The notes: generated from the letters alone by a model not told the origin. A stretch of DNA of 64,000 nt from Octopus sinensis (GCF_006345805.1 NC_043003.1:102486001-102550000), one strand, 5' to 3'. Positions 37,430 to 50,711 are shown, numbered from the stretch's first letter. Translations and numbers: made by a program.

Positions 37430-38250
37430 CCTTGAGTCTTTGATCCAGATAGTGAGAATATTCAGTAAAGATATTGATTTGCAGTTTGGGGTAAATAAGT
37501 GTGCAGTCCTAATTATGAAGAGAGGCTGGAAAGTAAATTCTCATGGCATAAAATTACAACACAACATCATTAGATAGCTGTGGAATAATGAGGAGAACAA
37601 ATATCTAGGAGTGCTGAAAGACAATAGGATAATAGAAGGAGAAATGAAGGAGCCAGAGATACTCAAGAAGTGACTAAAGCAGGAGGAGAATACAAAGAGA
37701 AAAGGAAGAACAGCAGAACAAGCAAGTGAAAAGAAATGGAACTTCGTAGCCAATTCATGTGACCAACTGAGAATGCTGGAAGTAAAGATTGCTGGCTCTG
37801 GCTGACAGATGAGAACTTGACATGAGACAGGAATGCTAACTGTAGCTGCTCAGGAACAAGCCCTTAGAACAAATCTGATAAAGGCAAAGATTGACAAAAG
37901 TCAGTCAGACAGCAAATACAGATTCTGCAGGAAAGCAGATGAAAGTATCGATCATTTTTAAAGTGAGTGCTGTACATGAAAAGAGTGCATTGGGATGTTA
38001 GCTAAGTGTGTGGCTTCAACATAACAGAAAAGTGGTATGAACATGAACCAGAAGATGTGATAGAGAATAAAAATTACAAGATCTTGTGAGACTTCACCAC
38101 AGAGACTGGCCATACTACAGAAGCAAGAAGACCAAAATAAAGAGTGTAAGATCATACATTTTCCAAAGATATTGGAAAAATGAGGAAATATCAGGATATA
38201 GCCAGAGTGGTGAGGTGACTGTGGAAGACCAAGGCAACAATTATTAGCTA
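37430..38250 (+). pseudogene. Older fragment of a second R4-like RLE retrotransposon
   Basis: LESLIQIVRIFSKDIDLQFGVNKCAVLIMKRG; AAQEQALRTNLIKAKIDKSQSDSKYRFCRKADESIDH; KWYEHEPEDVIENK. Confidence 0.75.
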
Positions 38251-38524
38251 AATTAGCTTGCCACTAGTGTAATGATGATGAAGAAGATGATGATGATGAT
38301 GATGATGATAATAATCCTTTCTACTATAGGCACAAGACCTGAAATTTTGGGGAAGGAAGTAAGTTGATTACATCAACCACAGTACTCAACTCGTACTTAT
38401 TTCACTGACCCCAAAAGAATGAAAGGTAAAGTTGATTTTAGTGGAATTTGAACTCAGAACCTAGCAAAGAACAAAATGTCACTAAACATTTTGCCTGGCA
38501 TGTTAATGACTCTGCCTGCTTGCT

Positions 38525-38598
38525 ACCTTAATAATAATAATAATAATAACAATAATAATAATAATAATAACAATAATAATAACAACAACAACAACAAC

Positions 38599-38640
<42 letters not shown>

Positions 38641-38680
38641 GCAGCAGCAACAACAACAACAACAATAATAATGATGATGA
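38525..38680. repeat. Compound (AAT)n(AAC)n(AGC)n(AAC)n(GAT)n microsatellite
   Basis: Direct reading; source of the poly-N/T and poly-L/V ORFs. Confidence 0.95.
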
Positions 38681-39873
38681 TGCTTTCAAGTTTTGGCACA
38701 AGGCCAGCAATTTTAAATAAAGGTATGTTGATTACATCAACATCAGTACTTGACTGGTACTTTATTTTATCAACCCTGGAAGGATGAAGGCAAAGTTGAT
38801 CTTGGCAGGATTTGCTTTCAGAATGTAAAGAACTGGAAGAGATGCTGCTAAGTATTTTGTTCAAAGTGCAAATGCTAAGGCTGGCTGGCTGCTGCTGTTG
38901 TTGTTGTTGTGATGATGGTGGTGGTGGTGGTGGTGGTAGTGCTGTTGTTGCTGTCATCATCATCATCATCATATACACAGGCACAAAGCCAACAATTTGT
39001 GGGAAGAGGAACAGTCTATTATATCAACAGCAGTATTGGATTTTACCAACCCTGGAAGGACAAAAGGCTAAATATTATTTTATTAACCTCTGAAGGACGA
39101 AATCACTCCAAGTCCAATAAAATAGCAAAACTTGATGGGATTTGAACCAGATTGTAAAGGTCTGCAGCTCTACACTGCAAGACAGTTTGCTGATCACTCT
39201 ACCTGTTCAGCCAACCCAACAGATAATGAGCTACAGGTAAATACTTAATTAAGTAGACATTACCCTGTGGCTTACTAAAAAACGTTTAAACCTGCCAAAT
39301 CCTGACTGTTAATTGGGCTATTCCTGTTTTGGTTGCTACTTCATCACCACCACCATTATTATTAATATTATTATTATTATTATTATTATTATGATAAAAA
39401 AATGTTTGAAACTATTGTTATTATCATCATCAGCATTATAATCATCATTTTCATCTTTATTATTATCATTTTTCAAGATGTGTTGGTAAATTAGGTCTAA
39501 AGTTGGTGAACTAGCAGAACCATTAGCATGTCAAGTAAAATGCTTAGAAGCATTTCAACAGGCTCTTTACGTTCTGAGTTTAAATTCTGCTAAGGTGTTG
39601 ACCTTTGCTTTCAGATTTGATAAAATAAAGTATGTAATTGATTCCCCCCTCCCCTCAGAATTTGTGGCCTTGTGCCAAAATCAGAATTATTATTATTATG
39701 GCATAAGCAGGCAGAGCTGTTACTATGCCTGGTAAAATGTTTATGTTCTGCATTCAAATTTTGCTGAGGTCAACTTTGCCTTTCATCCTTTTGGGGTCGA
39801 TAAACTAAAAACCAGTGAGATACTGGGGTCAATGAAATCGACTTGTCCCCCCCCACCAATTACAATAGAAAGG

Positions 39874-39911
<38 letters not shown>

Positions 39912-40976
39912 ATTTTACTTCAGGGAAGTTGTTTGGTGGCTAAGACTGAAAGGTCTGACTTTAACATAAAATTGCTGTGGAATTCTCTCATGACAATGTT
40001 GGATATGTTGTGTGTGTGTGTATTGGTGTTGTTGTTGCCTAGGTGAGCCCTGATTGAGTTGACTGTGATTAAAGGCATTCTTCTGGTTCTTCAAAGCCAA
40101 GTGTACCTTGAACTAGGTACACTTGTCCTCTGAATCCATCCTTATTTTCTTAAAAAACAAAAGGGTTAGGGTTAGATTTGAGGGAGAATTGGTTACTTTT
40201 TCTAACAGGTCAAGTGACAATGTAGAACCTCCTTTGCTAACATATGTGCATATGGTGAGAGTGTGCATGTGTGCATGTGTGCATGGCTGACTGTCTGTGT
40301 GTGAGCATGCGTGTGCATTTTTTGTGTGTGTATGTACATGTGCATACAGCTGTGTGTGTGTTTGTTTGTTGATGGTGGAGGCAGAGATAAGTGTGAACTA
40401 GGCACTACCAAGAGATGGAGTTAATAAGAATAATGATAATAAGAGTCATACTGTGGGTAACAGTGGTAATAGCAGCAGATTGTTTATGTGGTTGGAATGG
40501 TAACAGCAATAGTTTAAGTAATGAAGGCAGCAGTAATGAGATAAAGACATCAGAGTTACTTTTAATTGTCACTATAGTGGTGATAGTATGGTTGGCAGCA
40601 GTGGTGGTGGTCGTGGTAGGAGGGTGTTGGTGGTGGTGGTAGAAGTAGTGCTGACTGTAGGCAAGTGAGATTCAATTGGCTGTGATTATCCCATGCATTC
40701 TCAGCTAGCAGGCAGATTGTCTTAGCATGTAGATAAGACTTATCAACAATAATCGGTTAGAACTGATAACTGCACTGTAAATATTGCAACTGCACTATAT
40801 GTTCTTCCTTTTAATAGTTTAAGGATCAACCAGATTATTTTTATATTTCTGTGTTTCTATGAAATTGGTATTTAAGAAACTAGTGCCTCTGGGAAAACAA
40901 TCTTGACACCAATATAACATTTTTTAGTTGTTTTTTTTTTATTAGGAAGGCAAAATTGCCAGTTAGTGCTATACCT

Positions 40977-41198
40977 ATTTCTTTATTACCCACAAGGGGC
41001 TAAACATAGAGGGGACAAACAAGGACAGACATAGGTATTAAGTCGATTACATCGACCTCAGTGCATAACTGGTACTAAATTTATCGACCCCGAAAGGATG
41101 AAAGGCAAAGTCAACCTCGGCTTTGCCTTTCATCCTTTTGGGGTCGATAAATTAAGTACCGGTTACGCACTGGGGTCGATGTAATCGACTTAATACCT
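40977..41198 (-). mobile_element. Fold-back family A SINE inside a 15-bp TSD
   Basis: 78-bp arms at 41033-41110 / 41121-41198 (5 mismatches), 10-nt loop; direct repeat gttagtgctatacct at 40962-40976 and 41199-41213. Confidence 0.9.
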
Positions 41199-42854
41199 GT
41201 TAGTGCTATACCTTCTGGATACCATCATGAAACAGGGCAGATATTCTTCAAAGTTAGATCTAGCTGGTGGAGAAAACGTGTAGTGGTTCTTTGTAAACAC
41301 AACCTTTAACACTTTTGTTACCATAATTCTTTTGAAACACACTGCATCATCATCATCATTATTAGAGTCATTTACTATCCATATTCCATGCTGACATGGG
41401 TTGGATAATATGACAGAATCTGATGAGGCTAAAGACTGCACCCAATGTTTGCTTTGGCACAATTTCTATGGCTGAATACCCTGGCTAATATCAACCACTT
41501 TACAGCATGTACAAGGAGCTTTTTTTTTGTGGCACTAGCAAGGATAAGGACCCCTTCAAATGAATGAGGTTACAGAAGAGAGGTGGTGGAGGCAACTTTA
41601 TACAAGGGGATGAGGAGATAAGGTTTGAGAGAAGGATCCTGAATAGAATAGGTATCACGTAATTACCCATATAATAGAAGAGAGGAAGGGAGTGGCAAGT
41701 CTGTTTCAATTAATTTTGAAAATTCTGAAGAACTTGGTAAAATAACTTACTCATTATTGAACTGCTGTTTGGAACATAAATTAATGTCAACTTTTGATGG
41801 AAGGTTTTAATTTAGATCACTTTGAAACCTGAAGTTTGTATCATAGAAATATGGGCAAATACTTTTATTATTAAGCTGGTGTTTGGAACACAAATTAGTA
41901 AGGAATTTTGATAGGTTTTAAATGAGATCACTTAAAGCAGGAAGTTTGTTTCATAGAACAGTAGGTAGTCTCAGGCAGATTGGTAAAAGATTGTGATTCC
42001 TTAGCAATATTTTCAATCCAGAGATTACAGTAAACTTATAAATTATGCTAGATGTTGTGTTCTTTCTTGGCATTGATATATCAAAATTGCTGTTAAGAGG
42101 TGGTAGTTTACTAATTCTGTGTTTGCGGTCAGTCATACTGTGCCATTTTTTTTAGTTTATTATTGGTTCTGAGACATTGTGGGCTCATGCTCAGCTGGAG
42201 CATGGATTTATATATTGAATGAGATTCTACCTTTAAATAAAGGTATGATACTGTGTATGAAGATCAATACTAGAGAGTGGCAATATACAGGAATTGAATA
42301 TGTATAGTGATATGTGAAAGTTAGAAAGAAATGAAACAAGCATGCTTCACTGGATGTTAGTGTGCATAAGCAATGGAGCATAAATGGTCTGAGAGAAAAA
42401 AACAGGGTATAAGAGGAATTAACTGTTATGTGTATAAGGCTGCACTTGTAGAGACATGTGGCACCTATAGAGGAAGAAGGTGTTGGTTCCAATTGGAAGG
42501 AATCTGCAGAAGAGGAAGACAAGCTTTTAGATGAAGAACTATTTAAGTTGGTTGAACTTCTTGAATGAGATGAGAAGAAACTGCAATATGTAACAAAACA
42601 CTGTAAGGGTGAAGTTTCTCAAAATTCATATCAACATAGAAAAATGGATATAAAATGATGAACTTGCATTTGATGTTAGTATTATGCTTATATATTTGTA
42701 TCTGTGTAGTTCATCTTGTTATTTTAGGGATGTCTGGACTACATTATCCATGACTTCTATTTAAACCAATAAAAATCTGATATGGCTGATGTTTCTAGTA
42801 ACTCATGTGAACACACAGAGGCTTCCTTGTTGGCTCATGTGAATATATTTTTAG

Positions 42855-42926
42855 CTGGTGAATCAGTGGATGGCTTCAGGCTGCCATTTTTTGACCTTAA
42901 CCTACAGAAGATGGCTGGTCTGGAAT
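42855..42926 (+). CDS. Candidate 72-nt symmetric exon (LVNQWMASGCHFLTLTYRRWLVWN or GESVDGFRLPFFDLNLQKMAGLE)
   Basis: atatttttag| acceptor and AAT|gtaaga donor; two open frames; an internal alternative acceptor cttaacctacag| at 42907. Confidence 0.35.
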
Positions 42927-44149
42927 GTAAGAAATTTATCAAAGTAGATGCTTAAAGACTCTGACATAAGCTATCAGGGTATTCTATATATTTTTAGGTA
43001 AGGAATTACTGTGACCACCCCTGAGCCACCAAATTATCTCTACTTTTCCACCATTACACATCTCACTCTTTCCCCATGTACTATATTTTCCTTTTCCCAC
43101 CTCCTACCCAACCACATACCATCTCTCTCCCTCTCATCCTTCTCCTATCTTCTGTATTCTCATTACTATTCTGCTGCTCTTCCACCCCCATTTCTGCACT
43201 GTCAGTCATTTCATATTCTCCCCTACCTTCCCTAACACATTGGTATCATTTGCTACCTCCATTTCTTTTCCACCATTCACTACATCCATCCCTCAACTCT
43301 ACCCAATCATTACTGTTGTTACCTACTCTTTCCCACCACCTCCACTGATCCCTCAACATTTGTTCTTCATTCATTATATTCACCCCCTCACCTGCTCCCC
43401 ATATCTCAACCTCCCATATACTCTTACAACCTCTACCCATCCACATCTACCTACCTCATACATTCAGTGTCCACCCTCACACCATTATTTTTATCTTTTC
43501 CAGCCTCACCTTAGTCACTCCCATTCTTTCTTCTATAATCCAAATAACCATGTAGCTCTTCTACTTGTTCTGCTCTGGACCCTTCTTTTATACTTTAACA
43601 CCACACCTCCTAGCATAAAGCTGACTCCCTTGAGGGTGGGGTCATAGTCTTGAAAGGTATATTACCACTAGAGCTGTTATGAAAAAAAGTACCCAGTACA
43701 TATTGTAAATTGGTTAGTGTTTAGAAAGGAATCCAGCAGCAGAAATCATGCCAAAACAGATATTGGAGCCTGATGCACTCTTTGGACCCATCAAATCCTC
43801 CAACCCATGCTAGCATGGAAGATGGACGTTAAATAATGATAATGATGAATTAAATAACTTGTCCTCTGAAGACAAGGCTATTGTAATTTAATGTTTTTGT
43901 TTAATTCTATTCAGTTGTCACCTATTGAAACCTTGACAAGCGATAGAAAATCTTCTTCTGTGATTATGTAATATTGTAAAATTAGATGGGCAACTTACAT
44001 CCCATAATCCTCAAGATGAAGAATATAATGTCTTTTCAATTCTTTTTCCATGAATAGAGCTCTGGGAACTCTGCTGAAGTTTAACTGAGGACATTTTTTT
44101 CCCTTCTATATTTCTAACAACATAATAAAAGTATAAGATGGAGCTAATG

Positions 44150-44420
44150 AAGAAGGTAGAAGAAGAAGAAGAAGAAGAAGAAGAAGAAGAAGAAGGAGAA
44201 GAAGAAGAAGAAGAAGAAGAAGAAGACGAAGGTAGAAGAAGAAGAAGAAGGAGGAGGAGGAAGTAAAAGAAGAAGAAAGAGAAGAAGAAAAAGAAAGAGG
44301 AGGGGGGAGAAGAGGAGCAGGAGGAAAAGGAAGAGAAGGAAGAAGAGGAGGAGATGGAGGAAGAGAAGGAGGAGAATAAGGAGGAGGAGGAGGAAAAGAA
44401 AAGGAAGAAGAGAGAAAGAA
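44150..44420. repeat. (GAA)n/(GAG)n polypurine tract
   Basis: About 270 bp almost entirely A/G on the + strand. Confidence 0.95.
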
Positions 44421-45534
44421 AGTAAAATATCAAAAATTAGAGTTCTATTGGGAAGATGGAGAAGGTTATAAGGCATGTCAAAAGAATGTCACATATGGAA
44501 ATTCTAAAGACTAAAATGAAGGCTCGAAATTAACTGAACTAAATGAAAAAGAGAGAAAAAAATTTTAATCAACTTATTAACATTTCAAATACGTCAACGA
44601 CCATGAAAGTATAATGCATGTGGTGCACTTGTGTTTCAAGTTAGTTGCAGCTCTTTGTATGAAAATTGAAGCTGTCACTCACTGCATACAAACACACATC
44701 TAAGTATATATGTGAATATGTGTATGAATATATATATATATATATATATGTTCATTCACATACATATATGTTTACAGATATATATGTATGTGTGTATATA
44801 TTACTTCCCCATAGAGATTTATACAGACACGCATCTGTATAGTGCTCTATGCTACGGTTTGATGTTATTCTTTTTTAGCAATGTATTCTTGTGAATGGGT
44901 GTATATATGTATATGTATGCATACTTATATATTGTGTCACCAAATTACATATAATAATGCAAGCACATATACAGAGACACTCATACACACATACTTGCAA
45001 ACAAACATTCTCTATGCTATAGATTGATGTTTTTACTGGCCATGTCTTCTCTTCAACTCTGGGATCCCCTCCACTAGACCTAGACACATGTAGCCATCAA
45101 CAACCACTTGTAGAACATTGTTATTACAGAGGTAAATCAGAAGCGAAAAATTAAAAAGTATAGTGACATGAAGTGAAAATAGTGAGAAGGATGTAATAGA
45201 GAAGTTAATTAAAATTCAGAAAATGCTATCAGCAACATCCAAGTAGGATAACAGAAAACAGACATTACAATGTCAATGAGAATTATACAACTTCCTGATT
45301 TTCTCTTTCCTTGAAATTTCATGTCTGGCTGCATTCTTCTACGAAAGCATTATTTGTCTTCAAGTTTATCAAAGTGAAGATTAGCTTTGTAGTTCCACCT
45401 GCTTTTATGGCACTGAACTCTGTCTCCCCATGGAAACTACTGCGTTTGCCAGCGTATGGAACTTACTCTTGTGTAAGATACACCACTATTTTACAAGTAC
45501 CATTCTCATTTTTTAATGTCCATGCTCCATAATA

Positions 45535-45750
45535 ATTTCAAATTTTGGTACAAGGCCGGCAATTTCAAGAGAGAGGAGTGAGTCAATTAAATCAACCCCG
45601 GTGTCTAACTGAAACTTATTTTATTGACCCCAAAAGGATGAAAGGCAAAGATGACCTTCATAGAATTTGAACTCAGAACATAAAGATGGATGAAATGCCA
45701 TTAAGCATTTTACCCAACATGCTACCAATTCTGCTGGCTCACCACCTTCG
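45535..45750 (-). mobile_element. Old SINE family A variant
   Basis: gacccc.aaaggatgaaaggcaaag...gaatttgaactcagaac; CpG sites decayed. Confidence 0.75.
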
Positions 45751-46277
45751 TGATTCAAATTTGCCGGTGACATTTAGTCTTCCATCTCTAATACAGCTGC
45801 ATTAGACAATTGCTTTCTTAATGTATATTTAAAAAATGAGTGTGTTTTATACGCCAGCAAATACAGCATTTGTCTCTAAATAAATTAAGCCATTGAAAAA
45901 CATATCCATCTGATAGGGACACTGTGTAGTTCCTGTATGGTGATGGTGATTGTGTTTAGTTAGAAGACTGGTGCCTTATTGACTTGTTAATCTCTTACTC
46001 TTATTCTTTAATTGGTTGGCACATGTCAATGGGAATGCGGCAAGCATTGATTGGTTGATTGGTCAGTTAGACATTTATTAAGTGATTTTAAATCTTCAAT
46101 CAAACATTGGCAGTTGTTCTTGGCAAAATGACAGCAGTCCTTTTGGTCAGCAATCTCAAAGAGTGAAGGCAGTGAACTTGAGTCACTTTGGCCATTGAAC
46201 TCAGCATAAAAGTAATTTCTAATTTCAGGATTTATGTATTCAAACATCTCAGATCTTTCTCAGTGACAAATATCTGA

Positions 46278-46292
46278 CTATGTGTATGTATG

Positions 46293-46326
<34 letters not shown>

Positions 46327-46462
46327 ATATATATATATGTAGATACATACATAGATACATATATATATATATATGTATCTATGTATGTATCTATATATAT
46401 ATATATAATATATATATATATGTAGATACATACATAGATACATATATATATATATATATATG

Positions 46463-46504
<42 letters not shown>

Positions 46505-46530
46505 ATATACATATGTATATATATTTATGT
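46278..46530. repeat. (TA)n compound microsatellite with internal palindrome
   Basis: Direct reading. Confidence 0.95.
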
Positions 46531-46853
46531 ACAGACACACAACACAGACATGTAAGATAAATATAGTAATAACAATAATAATCCTTGGATGGAATTTATA
46601 AATATTTTAAAGCATCGCTACACGCGTTTCCACAAATTACATGTTTCTTAAGATCATAGTCCATATTCCTGGGATGATTACAGTTATAGTCCATAGTATC
46701 CATGGATATTGGGTAGATCATGTTCATGCATTCATTTCTTTGGGATATATAATTGGTACAACAAACAGATTTAATGGAACTCAATACATTTTAAATTTAT
46801 TTTTTAACCTTTTATTATCTTTTAAAGTCTCTCTCTCTCTCTCTCTCTCTCAT

Positions 46854-46917
<64 letters not shown>

Positions 46918-48894
46918 TCTAATTGTTTTGGATGCTTAATTCTGAATTATGCATCTGGAAGGTCAGATAAATTTTTCCCCTAAACCTTGAAATTTCAGAC
47001 TGAACCAAAGTGTTAATAGAAATACTTAAACTCCAAGATGCCATATGTCGATGACTTTTTCTTACCTTTATATACCTCTCTGTATGTATGCATATACATA
47101 TACATATGTGTTTAGAAATGCATAATATGCTATCAATTTGAATTGACAATCTAACAATCTAGCGCCTTGAAATGTTGGTTCCACTTGTGACATTGCATAC
47201 AATTCAAAGAATCTTCTCAATAAACCTGTTGTTACACTAAAAATATCTCCACAAGAGTTCTTACCAATTTGAAACAAACTCTTTGTTTAAAATCATTTGG
47301 CATGAAATTTTACATATACCTATTTCATTAGAAGCTTGATGGCTAGGCAGGCAACAATTTCCATGAATCTCTGCACACATTTTGACAGTGTGATTGTCAT
47401 CTGTTGAGGAATATTCTCCAGATTGTCTTTGATAGATGTTCTCTGAACGCTGGCACTACATGTGATATCAAGTTTTGCTCAAAGAATCCTTTCCCATAGA
47501 AATATCTCTGCAAAACGTTTTACTAATTTGAAATAGAATTTTGTACAAACATGCTGTTCTTCTAAGCTGTTCCTTGTCCAATAATTCCTGCAACATACAC
47601 ACAAAGGAACTAAAGATGTGTTCACTCCAACTTGTGTTGAGTGATGGTTGGTATGCAATGATGTGTCTATTTTAGATTAAAGATTAAGGCCACATATACA
47701 CATCCCTACAATGCAGAGCACACAGCATCTATTAGTTGGCTTGCTGTTATAAAAGCATGGTTTCTTTTTGGACAGGTGTGTGTGTGTGTGTGTGTTGTGT
47801 GTGTGTGTGTGTGTGTGTGTGTGATATTCCATGATTGTGTCTGTTTCAACCCAGAAAAGAGACATGATTGAGTGGAGAAGATATTGACTTGAGTGGATGT
47901 TTAATGTAGCAGCTAAATACATAGGAATTCGTATGAACTATTTAGACTTCGTAAATTTGTTGATGGTTTTAATGAGGTACACGAAAAATATCTCATTCTC
48001 ACTTGAATTGGCAGCTGGGTCAAAGTCAATTGTAAGAAAACTAAGGGGAAAAAAAGCAAAGTAAAAGAAAGAAACAAACAAACAAAAATTTAATACACAT
48101 GCAAATACATGCACACACACTCACACAAACTGCTTTAAGAAATCCTCAAATGAAACAAGCAATTTACAGGGTAATTACAAATAAGCTGATAGCTTGGAAA
48201 AATGCAATAAAAACTGTGCAAAGATTGCAAAAAATTTGCTTAGCTATGTTGAATATTGAACCTAAAAGCTGCTAGTTAAGATAGCAGTTGAATTGTAGAG
48301 AGTCAGGCACTTAACAGTGATCATTCATATGGATTCTGTTTATAATTGCTATTTCACTGCAATTTAAATAAGCTTGGACATAGAGACTAGTGAGGGATAT
48401 CTTGGTTGATACAGAGTAAGTGAAAGGGAGATATGTGTGATATATGTCAGTTATGCAGTTAGCTTGATGAGAGGAACAGAGTCCATTGAGGAAGCAATAA
48501 AAAAGGGCAAAGAAGTGAAGAGACAGCTTGTATGTAAGCTGTCGCGAATTTTTTCCAATAAGTAAAATGGCTTTTATTTTATTTTTTCCTTTGTTTTTAG
48601 ATATTTGTATATAGTAGTAGCACCATCTTCTCTCTCTCTATATATATATATATCATCATCACATAACAATAATTTTCCCATGATTTTGTGGGTCAGATAA
48701 ATTGTGCTGACGCAGATTTTCTAGAGCTGGATGCCCTTCCTTTTGCCAATCCTTACATATTTCTAAAATAAGGTTTCTTCTTGGTCAGACATATTTTTCA
48801 TGGAAGACAGAAAATGAACATCACTTGTATGACAGCGATGCTCACTCACAATCTTCACATGATAGTAAGTCAAGGGTACACACACACACACAAC

Positions 48895-49049
48895 TGATTT
48901 CTTTGAATGTCCAACCACCAAATCAGCTCAAAGTTTTGGTTGACCTGAGGTTATTGTAGAAGACACTTGCTCAAAGTGACATGGTGTGGACTGAACCCAA
49001 GGCCACATTGTTGGAAAGCAAGATTCTTAACCACACAGCTATATCTGCT

Positions 49050-49050
<1 letters not shown>
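48895..49050 (-). mobile_element. SINE family B 5' fragment
   Basis: gaagacacttgctcaa...ggactgaacc...aaccacacagc. Confidence 0.7.
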
Positions 49051-49100
<50 letters not shown>

Positions 49101-49104
<4 letters not shown>

Positions 49105-49295
49105 AGAGTTTACGAAAAAAACAAAAGACGAAGACAGGTGGTGTACAAAACAAACAGATGTATTAGTATAACGCTCAGGAATAGAAAAAGTCTTTTACGT
49201 TTCGAGCCTACTTTCTTCTACAAAAAGGGATGCAGAAAAAACAAGGAGAGAAAAAGATGTATGTAGTGGCTAACCATCTATCATGGCGATATTGG
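49101..49295 (-). mobile_element. Penelope-like terminal fragment, same family as 11496-11685
   Basis: Near-identical reverse complement of 11496-11685. Confidence 0.65.
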
Positions 49296-50239
49296 GTAGA
49301 TCACATTAATATATATATATATATATATATACATGTGTCTGTGTATGCGTGTGTGATTGAGCAGCACTCCAATAGAAGTCCTACTTGAACTGTGAGTGTA
49401 GGTCAGCAAACTGATTCACAATATATTTGCCTGTAGTTTGGAAAACATTAGGTAACCACTAAATCTCTTTTGTTTGGTTTAGGTCAAATAGTCTCCATAA
49501 AAAGTATATCAGAAAATAACATCTTATATCTTTTCATTTTAAATAATATGAAATCAATGAATCATAGTGTAATGATAATATTAGTAATTGGCAGCATGAT
49601 TCCATGGCCAATCACTGATAATGATGGAGTAGAGCAATGAAAAATATTGTAAAAATAATGAAGGTGGGAAATATTCAAGAAATGCTTGATAAAGAATAGA
49701 AAGATAAGTTTTAAAAGAAAAAAACTGTCAGAGATGGAAGTAAATTCCCAGATGGTGTCATGTTTGAAATTTGATTAAGGCAACTTTAGTAATGTCCACA
49801 CAATCTCCGTGCTGTATAGAATGATAGGATGAATACTGTAATTTCATAACATGTTATAAAGAAAATAATGAAGTACTTTACTACCGTTTTCTTAAGTGAA
49901 ATGTGTTTAAGAGGTTTACATAAGTCTGCTCTATTGAGTTAGATAGATAAATGTTTCTTTCTATATTTTTTTTTATGGTTGGTTAACTTTATTATTATTA
50001 CATTGTTAAACATTCAATCCTAAAACAGGATTCAATATTCTAGCTTCTTTAATGCACTTCATTGAAGAGGATGAAGGTTTTTGTATATCTTACTTCAAAG
50101 AAGATGAGACGAAATTCTGATCCTGTTCTAGACCACAAGAGTGGAATTGACATATTGAAAGTTTAACTGGCAACAGTTGTAGATTTAATCTTGAGTTTAA
50201 TGCAGCTTAGAAATGAAGTGAATTTACAATTTGTTGTAG

Positions 50240-50275
50240 GGGTTGTTATTATGTTGTTGATAATAAGCAATTAGG
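50240..50275 (+). CDS. Candidate 36-nt exon GCYYVVDNKQL(G)
   Basis: aatttgttgtag| and AGG|gtaaga; single open frame, phase 2 to 2. Confidence 0.35.
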
Positions 50276-50711
50276 GTAAGAAGCTGCATTTGTGGACAGA
50301 GATGTACAAACAAAAGAATATATATTTCAATACATTGGTCATATTTATTTATATCTTATTTATATCTTTATTTATATCTTATTTATATCTTATTTATTTA
50401 TATCATACAAAAATGTAGTTATATAATGCTAAAACAGACATCGGAGCTTGACACAGCCCTCTGGCTATTGGACCCTGTTGAACTATCCAAACCATTCTGG
50501 TATGGAAGATGCACAATGGACATTAAATGATGATGAACAGAACTTGAAAAACCAAGTGTTTGGCAATGCAGTGGTTCTTTATTTTATTTTGCGAGTATGG
50601 ATGGCCAAACAAATAGGGTGGTAGACAACCACTCAGTATTAGTGAATTATATCACACCTGAGTTAATGGATTTTGTCTGTGAAAAAGACATTTAACTTTC
50701 TAATTGCATAG

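Larger units (their letters stand above)
37240..39880. mobile_element. Cluster of at least six family A variant SINEs among trinucleotide tracts
   Basis: - copies near 37240, 38315, 38690 and 38980; + copies near 39505 and 39705; each abuts (ATT)n or (CAT)n. Confidence 0.75.

Noticed and set aside
47330-47560. - strand peptide IKDNLENIPQQM..., like a Tc1/mariner C-terminus
   Set aside because: No catalytic motif or TIR visible; too weak to report as a feature.
50335-50405. Short 11-bp tandem (ttatttatatc)n
   Set aside because: Ordinary AT-rich slippage repeat.
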